Of a stretch of 64,000 bases of DNA, positions 24,800 through 38,500 are shown piece after piece. Source of the DNA: Macrostomum lignano (taxonomy: Eukaryota); contig NIVC01001444.1 in NCBI GenBank assembly GCA_002269645.1, positions 1 through 64,000 on the forward strand, given 5' to 3'. The stretch's first letter is position 1. Every line of letters starts with the position of its first letter. The notes beneath the pieces are model-generated. The model made no database searches. It had not been told where the DNA came from and saw only the letters and a list, made by a program, of their open reading frames with translations. The position numbers and the translations under genes were made by a program.

Positions 24800-24975
24800 C
24801 TTAGCCCTGCATTGCTTGAGTTCAACCAGCTGTAAAATGGGTACTGCAGCATTAGCTGGGGTAATAAGAATGTGTGGCGTCCTTGGACTGAACAGCCGTA
24901 CGCAATGGCTGCGGCTGAGCTGTCGGTTGCACATCTGGCCATTAGGGCGGGTGTAATCAGTTATTATTATTATTT
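24800..24975 (+). mobile_element. Headless copy of the same SINE in the opposite orientation, with (TTA)n tail
   Basis: Reverse complement of 24508-24680 with internal deletions; ends GTGTAATCAGTTATTATTATT. Confidence 0.8.
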
Positions 24976-25525
24976 TCAGAATATTTAAACCTGCATTGCG
25001 CAACTTGCCTGCCAAATAATTGTGTTCATAGCTGTTTTGTCTTCTCAGTTGCCGTGCCGTGCAGTCAGTTGTATTCCTGTGTAATCACCTGTAACAAAAG
25101 CAACCGTAACAATCTGCACGCTTTGCTTTGGTTTGAGTCGTCTGTGTTTAAATTCAAGTAAAATTCGAGCATAATGCGAACGTAACGGAATGAATGCAAA
25201 TTCTGGCATTTCTTGGGGGTAGAAATATACAAAATATCTATATATTACGCAATGTCTGCTGCACTCAGCTATGCTAGGACCTTGCTAGTCCTTGCTTGAA
25301 CCTTGCACCACGTGATATGATACACTAAGAGAAAAATAAAATTTCAATATGTAGAGCCAGAGCGATGCTCGCCCGTGACGCAACTCTAATAAGACAGAGT
25401 GTGTACGCTCGTACATGTCGCTGAACAACCTGTTTCAGCTCATGCCTGTGTACAGTGTACGTGTCCTTGCGGGCCTGACTGCTTAGGGGCCAACGGAACG
25501 AGCCAGACTGCTTGCTTCGGATTTC

Positions 25526-25835
25526 GGGGGGAATTGCTGAGATGTCTAGGCTTACGGGGGAATTGCTGAGATGTCAAGGCTTACGGGGGAATTGCTGAGA
25601 TGTCTAGGCTTACGGGGGAATTGCTGAGATGTCAACGCTTACGGGGGGAACTGCTGAGATGTCAAGGCTTACGGGGGGAACTGCTGAGATGTCAAGGCTT
25701 ACGGGGGGAACTGCTGAGATGTCAAGGCTTACGGGGGGAACTGCTGAGATGTCAAGGCTTACGGGGGGAACTGCTGAGATGTCAAGGCTTACGGGGGGAA
25801 TTGCTGAGATTTCAAGGCTTATGGGGGAATTGTTT
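25526..25835. repeat. 30-bp minisatellite (GGAACTGCTGAGATGTCAAGGCTTACGGGG)n
   Basis: Direct inspection. Confidence 0.95.
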
Positions 25836-26791
25836 AGATTCTGTGCGGTACCACAAATTGAAATGCGCCGACTTCTGATGCCAGACACAAACACAAAATT
25901 GTAGTAGATCTATCATATGTAAGTCATTCGCGCTGCACAATCGCAAAATATAGGTAAGCTACAATACTACTATATGCTGTGCTATCTTATCGAATTTATC
26001 AAAGCCCGATCATGGGGAGAGACAGGGGGGCACGCTAACCACCTCAGGAGCTGCACTGCCTGGCAACTCAAATTTGAAACATTCTTCTCTGTGCGCTAAA
26101 GGCCTGTGTGTGGGGGGGGCTTTTGAGCCTCTGACGGTTGTGAGAAATACTCAATAGGCTAACAGCTGCAGCGGCAGCCGAACATGGGGCTGGTACGTGG
26201 GAGGGGGTGGCTGCCACTGATTGCTCCTATACCTGCGTCCCAGGAGGGTCCCCATGCTGTCAGTACCCGGCCTCTGTGTATGCACTTCGCCAGAGCGCAT
26301 GTACGAAGAACGCTGCCCACTCTCCGCATGGCCAGTGAAGCTATTTGCCCGATTTGAGTGCCCCTCTACCCCAGTGGGACCCGCGGCCAGCGACCAATCG
26401 GGTGGGGGGGGGGGGGCGGTGGTCGGCGGTTGCCGACAGGCCCGCACTCTTTGGCCTTTTTCTCTCTCTAATAACTCTATCTATCTGTCTGTCCGTCTGT
26501 TTAGAGAGAGCAGCGTATTTTATGATTGCAAGAGAACTATATAGGTAAATTAGTAGAATAATCGGAACCGCTGGGCCCAAATAGCAAATCGAATTACCTG
26601 CGACAGGCATTCACCTGGCGCAAGTCTATGCGCTTCACGTTTACCTGCGCTCAACGAATGCTTGGGCAGATCGAGATCTGACTATAGAATATCCATAGTC
26701 ATTGCACAGCTGTCTCTGTTTAATTGGCAGATTGTGATAATAAATCTAAATATACTAAATTCAGCGCAGTTCCACACTTCGGGTTGTCGGC

Positions 26792-29450
26792 ATGACCTGC
26801 TGCTTCGCGCCGGACCCGGATGCCGACAAGGCGGCCAGACGGGACAGGGAGATCACCAGGATCACGAAGGAGGACTTCAAGGAGAAGCAGAAAGTTATTC
26901 AGCTTCTGCTGCTTGGTGAGCGGAACTATTCTGGAGTTTATTAATGGAATGTTCCAGAGAACTGAACGGACAGGGGGTTTGATAGCGAGGACGGAAGGAG
27001 AGGGTCCTAATGGCAGGTAGAGCAAAGATCCAAATGGCAGGTAGAGAGAGGATCCTAATGGCAGGTAGAGAAAAGGTCCTAATGGCAGGTAGAGAAAAGG
27101 TCCTAATGGCAGGTAGAGAAGGGTTCTAATGACAGCTATAGAAAGGGTCCTAATGGGAGATAGAGAAAGGGTCCTAATGGGAGATAGAGAAAGGGTCCTG
27201 ATTGGAGGTAGAGAGAGGGCCCTAATGACAATGGGAGGTAGAGAGAGGGTCCTAATGACAATGGGAGGTAGAGAGAGGGCCCTAATGACAATGGGAGGTA
27301 GAGAGAGGGTCCTAATGGCAGGTAGAGAAAAGGTCCTCATGGCAGGTAAAGAAAGGGTTCTAATGGCAGATAGAGAAAGGGTCCTAATGGCAGGTAGAGA
27401 AAGGGTCCTAATGGCAGGTAGAGAAAAGGTCCTAATGGCAGGTAGAGAAAAGGTCCTAATGGCAGGTAGAGAAAGGGTCCTAATGGCAGGTAGAGAAAAG
27501 GTCCTAATGGCAGGTAGAGAAAGGGTCCTAATGGCAGGTAGAGAAAAGGTCCTAATGGCAGGTAGAGAAAAGGTCCTAATGGCAGGTAAAGAAAGGGCTC
27601 TAATGGCAGATAGAGAAAGGGTCCTAATGGCAGGTAGAGAAAAGGTCCTAATGGCAGGTAGAGAAAAGGTCCTAATGGCAGGTAGAGAAAAGGTCCTAAT
27701 GGCAGGTAGAGAAAAGGTCCTAATGGCAGGTAGAGAGAAGTCGCGCTGCTTCCAGGCCTTGGGAAGGCTCAAATTTCAAGCGGGATCTGTCATTATTGCT
27801 ACTCTGGCATCGGTCTGGAACTGGAAAATCGTTTTTCTCATTTTTCACCTCGTGACATTGCCATGTCACGCGAAAGAGCTTCTTAAGATTTCGTATTTTT
27901 TGCTTCAATGGTTGCTGCTTCATTTATTTTGTTTCGAGTCTCTAAAAAGCAAGATTGACGCCTAGAAAATTAAATTATACTCGAGTTAGTTCTTTGCTTT
28001 CTTTGCCTCGTCCAAGAGACGAAACAATTCTCACTCGGCTATAAATTCTTACTTATTTCATTTTTCTGGATTAGAACAGCTCACCTTTAAGAGTCTGCTT
28101 TGCTAATAAAGTAATTACCTGGTTTCCTAAATCCTCCTTTAAACTGCAGTAGACTTAATTCTGCTGCCTGGTCGACCATTGTAGCTTGGATGCAATTTCC
28201 GGGCGAAAGTGCCGAGAAGAGCATCTTCAAAGGGACTAATCTCTTTATTTAATCTAGTCACATTCGAAATTTATTGAATAGCTGAATTTTGAATAGCCGT
28301 TCTTAGCTTGTAATAGGCAGCGCCTTGTTTATGGTAGAAGTGGATAGTCCATGGCAACCACAGTCACATGATGGTGGCCTAATGAGCTTTGTTTAGGGAA
28401 GATTTGGATAGTCTGTGGCAACCACAGTCACATGATGGTGGCCTAATGAGCTTTGTTTAGGGTAGAATTGGATAGTCTGTGGCAACCACAGTCACATGAT
28501 GGTGGCCTAATGAGCTTTGTTTAGGGAAGAATTGGATAGTCCATGGCAACCACAGTCACATGCTGGTGGCCTAATGGGCTTTGTTTAGGGTAGAAGTGGA
28601 TAGTCTATGGCAACCACAGTCACATGCTGGTGGCCTAATGGGCTTTGTTTAGGGTAGAAGTGGATAGTCTATGGCAACCACAGTCACATGCTGGTGGCCT
28701 AATGAGCTTTGCTTAGGGTAGAATTTGATAGTCTGTGGCAACCACAGTCACATGCTGGTGGCCTAATGGGCTTTGTTTAGGGTAGAAGTGGATAGTCTAT
28801 GGCAACCACAGTCACATGCTGGTGGCCTAATGGGCTTTGTTTAGGGTAGAAGTGGATAGTCTATGGCAACCTCAGTCACATGGTGGTGGCCTAATGGGCT
28901 TTGTTTATGGTAGAAGTGGATAGTCTATGGCAACCACAGTCACATGCTGGTGGCCTAATGAGCTTTGCTTAGGGTAGAATTGGATAGTCTGTGGCAACCA
29001 CAGTCACATGCTGGTGGCCTAATGGGCTTTGTTTAGGGTAGAAGTGGATAGGGTAGAAGAGGTTTAGGGTAGAAGAGGTAGAGAGTCTATGGCGGCCACT
29101 ATCCCGTGGTTATTGTTTCGCATACTTTTATTAAATTAAAAGTAAAGAATAAATTTATTACTTTTAGCTGTGATTGAGTGTTACAGAGCAGGCCATTGCT
29201 AGCTGGCCCCTTATGCTTGGAAAATGTTAACAATATCAGCTAAAAACCTCTTTTCGATTTTTTTAGTGCGCACTTGGCGCCAATCTTATTTTGTTCGCAC
29301 AGGTAAGGCAAGCGGGAATGGAATGGGTTTAGGGGTTTCCTAGGCCCGCGTTAGAAACACAGGCTAAGAGACTTATCTGCTTTTTTCTTCTCCCCCCTCT
29401 CTGATATGAGAAGTCAAGCTTTGATAGTTGAGTAAAATAAAACTCTTAGC

Positions 29451-29526
<76 letters not shown>

Positions 29527-32500
29527 AGTGCAAGGTCTGGGCTCTGCGTAGAAGACTCTGAGATTTACGTTTGTGCGCAAAACAAAGAGAAACATGAGAG
29601 AGCCCATATTATCGGGGCGTGGGTGAGTGAAAAAAGAAACGCCGTTGAAATGAAAGTATTAGTAACGGAGGTCGACCTTTTCTGGCTAGCTTTGGATTGT
29701 TTTAAATCAATTTTTGGCTAGCGCTCGGAGCTAAGCTCAAACTTGTCCCCACACAGCAAAACAATGTGGCTCAATGAAGCCACGTGAAGTATGCAAATTT
29801 CGAAAATAGCCCCCCGATGATGGCGAGACTCGGCATGTGCTTCTTTAGTCTCACAGGCTGCTTCAATTTCGTCACTCTTCTCTTCAATTGATTGACGTTT
29901 TTTTCACAACACATTTCATTGACGCGCACAAATTGCTTTTTACTTTTGAATGTTCTTGCATTTTTATTGACTTGCCCACCTATTCTTACCTGGAATTTTC
30001 ATTGTCTGTCAACAGGCACTGGCGAATCGGGCAAATCAACAATACGAAAGCAGATGCAGATTATTCATATTAATGGCTTTAGCAGCAGGTAAGTCGCTTC
30101 TTTGTTACTCGTAGTTTTTATTGCTCTATTTGTTTCTCTGTCTGTGGCTCTGTATTTTTTGAATAGTTCACTATAGTCCGTGTGGTTCACTATGTCCTGC
30201 GTGGTTCCCTATGGCCTGTGTGGTTCCCTATGGCCTGTGTGGTTCACTATGGCCTGTGTGGTTCCCTATGGTCTGTGTGGTTCCCTATGGCCTGTGTGGT
30301 TCACTATGGCCTGTGTGGTTCCCTATGGTCTGTGTGGTTCCCTATGGCATGTGTGGTTCCCTATGGTCTGTGTGGTTCCCTATGGCCTGTGTGGTTCCCT
30401 ATGGCCTGTGTGGTTCACTATGGCCTGTGTGGTTCCCTATGGTCTGTGTGGTTCCCTATGGCATGTGTGGTTCCCTATGGCATGTGTGGTTCCCTATGGC
30501 CTGTGTGGTTCCCTATGGTCTGTGTGGTTCCCTATGGCCTGTGTGGTTCCCTATGGTCTGTGTGGTTCCCTATGGCATGTGTGGTTCCCTATGGCCTGTG
30601 TGGTTCCCTATGGCCTGTGTGGTTCCCTATGGTCTGTGTGGTTCCCTATGGTCTGTGTGGTTCCCTATGGCCTGTGTGGTTCACTATGGCCTGTGTGGTT
30701 CACTATGGCCTGTGTGGTTCCCTATGGCATGTGTGGTTCCCTATGGCCTGTGTGGTTCCCTATGGTCTGTGTGGTTCCCTATGGTCTGTGTGGTTCCCTA
30801 TGGCCTGTGTGGTTCCCTATGGCCTGTGTGGTTCACTATGTCCTGCGTGGTTCCCTATGGCCTGTGTGGTTCCCTATGGCCTGTGTGGTTCACTATGGCC
30901 TGTGTGGTTCACTATGGCCTGTGTGGTTCCCTATGGCATGTGTGGTTCCCTATGGGGGTCTGTGTAGTTCCCTATGGTCTGTGTGGTTCACTATGTCCTG
31001 CGTGGTTCCCTATGGCCTGTGTGGTTCCCTATGGCCTGTGTGGTTCCCTATGGCCTGTGTGGTTCCCTATGGCCTGTGTGGTTCCCTATGGCCTGTGTGG
31101 TTCACTATGGCCTGTGTGGTTCCCTATGGCCTGTGTGGTTCCCTATGGCCTGTGTGGTTCCCTATGGCATGTGTGGTTCCCTATGGCCTGTGTGGTTCAC
31201 TATGTCCTGCGTGGTTCCCTATAGCCTGTGTGGTTCCCTATGGCCTGTGTGGTTCACTATGGCCTGTGTGGTTCCCTATGGCCTGTGTGGTTCCCTATGG
31301 CCTGTGTGGTTCCCTATGGCATGTGTGGTTCCCTATGGCCTGTGTGGTTCACTATGTCCTGCGTGGTTCCCTATGGCCTGTGTGGTTCCCTATGGCCTGT
31401 GTGGTTCACTATGGCCTGTGTGGTTCCCTATGGCATGTGTGGTTCCCTATGGCCTGTGTGGTTCCCTATGGCCTGTGTGGTTCCCTATGGCCTGTGTGGT
31501 TCCCTATGGCCTGTGTGGTTCCCTATGGTATGTGTGGTTCCCTATGGCCTGTGTGGTTCCCTATGGCCTGTGTGGTTCACTATGGCCTGTGTGGTTCCCT
31601 ATGGCCTGTGTGGTTCACTATGGCCTGTGTGGTTCCCTATGGCATGTGTGGTTCCCTATGGCCTGTGTGGTTCCCTATGGTCTGTGTGGTTCCCTATGGG
31701 GGTCTGTGTAGTTCCCTATGGTCTGTGTGGTTCCCTATGGGGGTCTGTGTAGTTCCCTATGGCCTGTGTAGTTCCCTATGGTCTGTGTGGTTCCCTATGG
31801 TCTGTGTGGTTCCCTATGGGGGTCTGTGTGGTTCCCTATGGCCTGTGTGGTTCCCTATGGTCTGTGTGGTTCCCTATGGGGGTCTGTGTAGTTCCCTATG
31901 GTCTGTGTGGTTCCCTATGGCCTGTGTGGTTCCCTATGGCCTGTGTGGTTCCCTATGGTCTGTGTGGTTCCCTATGGGGGTCTGTGTAGTTCCCTATGGT
32001 CTGTGTGGTTCACTATGTCCTGCGTGGTTCCCTATGGCCTGTGTGGTTCCCTATGGCCTGTGTGGTTCCCTATGGCCTGTGTGGTTCCCTATGGCCTGTG
32101 TGGTTCCCTATGGCCTGTGTGGTTCCCTATGGTCTGTGTGGTTCCCTATGGCCTGTGTGGTTCCCTATGGCCTGTGTGGTTCCCTATGGCCTGTGTGGTT
32201 CCCTATGGCCTGTGTGGTTCCCTATGGCCTGTGTGGTTCCCTATGGTCTGTGTGGTTCCCTATGGGGGTCTGTGTAGTTCCCTATGGTCTGTGTGGTTCC
32301 CTATGGTCTGTGTGGTACGTTTGAAGTTTTGTGCGGTTTAATGGCTTTTTCTCGCTTTTCAGAACGGCTACATAGATTGTTATTTTAGTCTCTAAATTTG
32401 CATGTTTTCACGTGTTTCCCCGCTTGCACTGGGCTCAAAGTATCTGACTGGCTACTGCAAAACTCGTGACCGATTTCAGAGAGCGCGAAGAGAAGTTGGC

Positions 32501-35500
32501 CTACATGCGTCGGAATATTCGCGACTCCATAGCAGTGAGTGAGGGGTCACTTCTGCACAAATAATTAACTGTTTATTTATAGCATTCAAATCCATTCAAA
32601 GGGGAGCAGCAGGTGCCTAAGGCAGTGTCGTTTGATTAAGTGGGCTTCACTGCTGCACCGATTACGCAAGCTCTTAGCGATAATTAATTTACAACGGTCC
32701 ACTCCTAATAATTAGACTTTTCGAATTCTGTACCTTGCCTTACCTGATAAGCCTTGTCGTAATGTAATTAAATCTGATTCGCGCGCCCAAAGATCCTGGG
32801 TTCGATTCCGTACGGGCTTGTGCATGGAAATCAGCCTGAAGCTTGTCCTTGGGCCAAAACCAAGCCACCGACTGTGTGAGCTGCGCGCTTGCTCGGGAGT
32901 CAGTCGGAATAGGCATGACTGCCCGCCTCCTTAACTAGCTGCGGGTTCACATCCGCATCCACATCCATATCCACATCCACATCCACATGCACATCCACAT
33001 CCACATCCACATCCACATCCACATCCACATCCACACCCACATCCACATCCACATCCGCATTCACATCCACATCCACATCCACATCCACATCCACATCCAC
33101 ATCCACATCCACATGCACATCCACATCCACATCCACATCCACACCCACATCCACATCCACATCCACATCCACATCCACATCCACATCCAAATCCACATCA
33201 GTATCCACATCCGCATTCACATCCACATTCACATTCACATCCACATCTACATTCACATTCACATCCACATCTACATCCACATCCAAACCCAAATCCAAAC
33301 CCACATCCGTATCCACATCCGCATTCAAATCCACATCCACATCCACATCCGCATCCACATCCGCATCCACATCCGCATCTACATCCACATAACGCATCCA
33401 CGCCACATCCACATTCACAATTACACCCGCATCTGTATCCGCATCCGTATCCACATCCACCTCCACACCCACATCCGTAGTGCATCATAGCAGCGATGGA
33501 CAAGCTGGGCATAGCCTACACCAGCGAGGAAGCCGCCAGCCTTGGCGCCTGGGTTCTGCGATTGATGGCTGAGAACCACGTGCACAATTCTGTCCAGGCC
33601 GATCAGGATCCGTTTGACTATTCGCAAGAGTTCTTCGACGCCGTGGAGAAACTGTGGCAGGATAAGGGAGTGCAGGAGAGCTTCAGTCAATCTAGCCGCT
33701 ATCAGCTCATCGACTGCGCCAAGTAGTGAGTAGTGAGCTCTCTTTTGACGGTCTGTACTGCCAGAAAGGCACTAATGGGATTTGGTTTGCGATTTGAACA
33801 TAAAAAATTCTATACTTGTTACTCAACCATTAGCAGAATAATGACTTAGTAAATGAGCAGTGTAGCTGAAATCATGGTTTCGTGGCACATAATTGGGCTC
33901 AGGTCATGCTCAGGAGCCAGTGCAGGGGACTCAGTGAGCCAGAGGAAATGCATGACTTCTTGCCTCCTCGCAGGCTGCAGTTCAACTGTCGCATTGATTT
34001 GTGTCCAGTGCCCGTAGCCTCCCTGCAGACTTAGTAACTAGCTAATAACAATTCCAATGATGGAGTTCATTATTTGAGCGGAAACCAAGGAGATGGGCAA
34101 ACTTTTCAGTCCGCATCACTTCATATTTAATGTGCTGAAAGAACCAAAACTATATACCAGTCTAATGATGATGCTTTGTCCATGGGATTCTGTGAAGACT
34201 CTTGACAATCGTTTGACATGCTAGTGCATAGCACGCATCTGAAGCCTCAGAAAGCGGGTGGTTCGGATGTCTTGGTAATCTTACTGCTAATCAACTGGAT
34301 TGATTCCGAACAGATGGCAAATTTCCCTAATCATCAATATACGCTGGTCCCTGCCCTGATTACTGGTTCAATGACTAGGCTACATGACTTGCCACTTTGT
34401 GTCTGGCTGCCACTTACTAATGCGTTGTATTCTACGTTGAAGTTATAGAATATTATTCTCCTGATATAATGCTGGAGGAATGCTTGAACGGAAATAAATT
34501 CATTATCATGCAGCATTTTTTAACTTTGCTACTATAGCCTGAATATTCTGAAATATCTGAAGTATCTGTAGCTTCTTCTGTAATGAACCGTCAGGTTTGA
34601 TGTGGGTCCCGATTTGTAAGGTTCGCCTGACCACGGCGCAAATAAACTACACTAATTTATTCACAAAACTGCAGCTTCCTGGATCGAGTTCACCTATTTC
34701 GGGACAAAAGCTACATGCCCACCGATCAGGACATCCTGCGTTGCCGCATAATGACTAATGACATATCGGACATTCAGTTCGACATTAAGGACGGCCACCA
34801 CAGTGTGAAGTTTCGGTGAGAATACTGCTTGACTTTCTCATTGTATGTATGTAGCTCCCCCACTTCATTCCTCAACTCAAGCGTAGAGGAAGCTAAGGCG
34901 TAGCTAAGTTGCGTCACTCGCAAAGATTGAGAGGCTTTACCTGCACTCTCAAAAGAGGCGACCACAGACGGAATCTTCTGTGATGCCGACTTTTCGATGA
35001 GGCTGATTATAGCTTTTTCTTCTTTTCATTCATCCTCAACACATTCATCAATAAACCAAAGTCGCTCGAAGTGACTCAACCAAAGTCAATGATCAGCTAA
35101 TGTCACTCAACCAAAGTAAATTATCAGCCAATGTCACTGCACAAAGCCAATGATCAGCTATTGTCCCTCAGTCGAACTAAGTCAACCGAATTCACTAGAC
35201 AAAAGTTACTGAAAAGAAAGTGCTCAAAAAAGTTACTCGTCCCGCCAAACGCAGGGTGTTCGACGTTGGTGGACAAAAAGGCGAGCGCAAAAAGTGGATC
35301 CAATGCTTCAACAATGTCACCGCCATTCTCTACCTATGCGATGTCAGCAGCTTCGACCTGACCCTCAAGGAGGATATCGACTCTGATCGGCCGAAGAATC
35401 GACTGCTCGAATCGCTCGACACGTTCCAGGAGGTGTGGCTCAATCGCTACCTCCAGGACGTGTCCATTCTGCTGTTCATCAACAAAATCGACCAACTGGA

Positions 35501-38500
35501 GGAAAAAGTGCGGGCGGGTAAATCGCTACGATCGATGATCAAGTACTGCCAGCAGGGCCTGCAGCTCGAGCAGCAGGAGCTCGAGGAGCAGCAGGTATTT
35601 ATTGATCAGATGAGCAAAATCATTGTCCTGTCCTGTCCTGCCCTGTCCTGTCCTATCCTGTCCTGTCCTGTCCTGTCCTGTCCTGTCCTGTCCTGTCCTG
35701 TCCTGTCCTGTCCTGTCCTGTCCTGTCCTGTCCTGTCCTGTCCTGTCCTGTCCTGTCCTGTCCTGTCCTGTCCTGTCCTGTCCTGTCCTGTCCTGTCCTG
35801 TCCTGTCCTGTCCTGTCCTGTCCTGTCCTGTCCTGTCCTGTCCTGTCCTGTCCTGTCCTGTCCTGTCCTGTCCTGTCCTGTCCTGTCCTGTCCTGTCCTG
35901 TCCTGTCCTGTCCTGTCCTGTCCTGTCCTGTCCTGTCCTGTCCTGTCCTGTCCTGTCCTGTCCTGTCCTGTCCTGTCCTGTCCTGTCCTGTCCTGTCCTG
36001 TCCTGTCCTGTCCTGTCCTGTCCTGTTTTGTCCTTTCTTGCCCTGCCCTGTCCTATCCTGGCCCTGTCCTATCTGTGTGTTAATTTTGCATTCGCTTTGG
36101 TTAAAAATTAAGTCTAAAATTCATGCCAGCATTTGCGTTTAATCCAGTCAAACATTTCCGGCTTCTTAAAAAGTTTTTGATGAAACAAACTAGCAGTCTA
36201 CAATCGAAGGACTCTCATATTCCTTTTGAACTAAGAAGTAATTAGGCTTTACAATACGCTGCAACCTGTAAAATGGAAGAGTTTTGATATTCAGATCCAA
36301 TGCATTTTTGCTTAATTAGATAACTCAAAAAGTAAAACACGAAAGCGTAAACTCATTTTTTTCAAACGAGTACAAAAATTAACTTTTTAGCAAATCGGCG
36401 ATGGACTCACGGGTCAGGCAATGAACGGCGTTAGCTTGTCCAGCAGGCACCACCCTGGGGGCGGCGTTGTCGGTCTTGGCGGCGGCGGCGGCGGCGGCAA
36501 GAAGAAGAATGTTGGGCCGCTTGATCTACGCCAATTTGTCTGTCAGTTCGACTTCGACCAGTTCGAGCCGACAGGTAAAAAAAAAATTATGCAGCTTATT
36601 TCTCCAGTTCTTCGTTGAGATGCAGCTAAACTCTCCAATTCTTCGTTGGGATGCAGCTAACCTCTCCGATTCTTCGTTTGGATTCAGCTAACCTCTCCGA
36701 TTCTTCGTGAAGATGCAGCTAACCTCTTACAATTCTTCGTTTGGATTCAGTTAACCTCTCTGATTCTTCGTTTGGATTCAGTTAACCTCTCCGATTCTTC
36801 GTTTGGATTCAGTTAACCTCTCCGATTCTTCGTTTGGATTCAGTTAACCTCTCCGATTCTTCGTTTGGATTCAGTTAACCTCTCCGATTCTTTGTTTGGA
36901 TTCAGTTAACCTCTCCGATTCTTCGTTTGGATTCAGTTAACCTCTCCGATTCTTCGTTTGGATTCAGTTAACCTCTCCGATTCTTCGTTTGGATTCAGTT
37001 AACCTCTCTGATTCTTCGTTTGGATTCAGTTAACCTCTCCGATTCTTCGTTTGGATTCAGTTAACCTCTCCGATTCTTCGTTTGGATTCAGTTAACCTCT
37101 CCGATTCTTCGTTTGGATTCAGTTAACCTCTCCGATTCTTCGTTTGGATTCAGTTAACCTCTCCGATTCTTCGTTTGGATTCAGTTAACCTCTCCGATTC
37201 TTCGTTTGGATTCAGTTAACCTCTCTGATTCTTCGTTTGGATTCAGTTAACCTCTCCGATTCTTTGTTTGGATTCAGATAACCTCTCCGATTCTTCGTTT
37301 GGATTCAGTTAACCTCTCTGATTCTTCGTTTGGATTCAGATAACCTCTCCGATTCTTTGTTTGGATTCAGTTAACCTCTCCGATTCTTTGTTTGGATTCA
37401 GTTAACCTCTCCGATTCTTTGTTTGGATTCAGTTAACCTCTCCGATTCTTCGTTAAGATTCAGTTAACCTCTCCGATTCTTCGTTAAGATTCAGTTAACC
37501 TCTCCGATTCTTCGTTTGGATTCAGTTAACCTCTCTGATTCTTCGTTTGGATTCAGTTAACCTCTCTGATTCTTCGTTTGGATTCAGTTAACCTCTCCGA
37601 TTCTTCGTTTGGATTCAGTTAACCTCTCTGATTCTTCGTTTGGATTCAGTTAACCTCTCCGATTCTTCGTTTGGATTCAGTTAACCTCTCTGATTCTTCG
37701 TTTGGATTCAGTTAACCTCTCCGATTCTTCGTTTGGATTCAGTTAACCTCTCCGATTCTTTGTTTGGATTCAGTTAACCTCTCCGATTCTTTGTTTGGAT
37801 TCAGTTAACCTCTCCGATTCTTTGTTTGGATTCAGTTAACCTCTCCGATTCTTTGTTTGGATTCAGTTAACCTCTCCGATTCTTTGTTTGGATTCAGTTA
37901 ACCTCTCCGATTCTTTGTTTGGATTCAGTTAACCTCTCCGATTCTTTGTTTGGATTCAGTTAACCTCTCCGATTCTTTGTTTGGGATTCTGCCTACGTTT
38001 TTCCCATCAACTGAATGTGGCTGAATACTTATGCAACTAGACTTATGTTTATTAACTCAGCAACGTGTAAAAGTTCCACGACCCTCACTGGTTTTGAGGT
38101 GAAAGTTTTAACATGCTGCTTAGTAAGTGCACTAAACATTAAATGTTTCAGGTACTCGTTGGTGGGTGCGTGATTGATTTTTGAAAAATATGGCTCAATC
38201 AATTTTGTTAAACGTGCACCGTTAGGGAACAAATTTTCAGGATTCGGTACATGTCTCCTGACTCAATGCTAATGAATGGGTTGTAAAAATGTCAGATAAA
38301 TGCCAGGTCCTTTTTGTGTAGAGAAGGTTTTGACTGCTCTTTCCTTACTCGTCAATATTATTTCGTTTCTCGTTTCTGTCTTTCTGCCTGACGTCCCAGT
38401 CGTGTCTCAGTCGATGCCGCATCTCGGCGCAGCTCAGCTCGCTGTGTACTCGAGTGCTGTACTCGTTGTTGTTGTTGTTGTTGTAAGGGGCTAGCCTGCC

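Noticed and set aside
26151-26610. Cluster of short GC-rich ORFs upstream of the G-alpha ATG
   Set aside because: No recognisable homology or splice chain; more consistent with GC-rich promoter/5' sequence.
26720-27965. 350-aa and 278-aa ORFs
   Set aside because: 24-bp minisatellite in G-alpha intron 1.
30180-32341. 714-aa Cys/Trp-rich ORF and overlapping ORFs
   Set aside because: 19-bp minisatellite inside G-alpha intron 2; exons 2 and 3 join in phase without it.
32780-32880. B-box-like GGGTTCGATTCC segment (a similar one lies near 63730)
   Set aside because: Probably SINE head relics, but there is no clear A-box or matching body in the window to support a call.
32900-33512. Poly-HI, poly-VD and poly-CG ORFs (metal-binding-like)
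   Set aside because: (CACATC)n microsatellite in an intron.
35595-36111. (LSCPV)n extension of the G-alpha ORF
   Set aside because: Read-through into the (TCCTG)n intron past the CAG|GTATTT donor at 35595.
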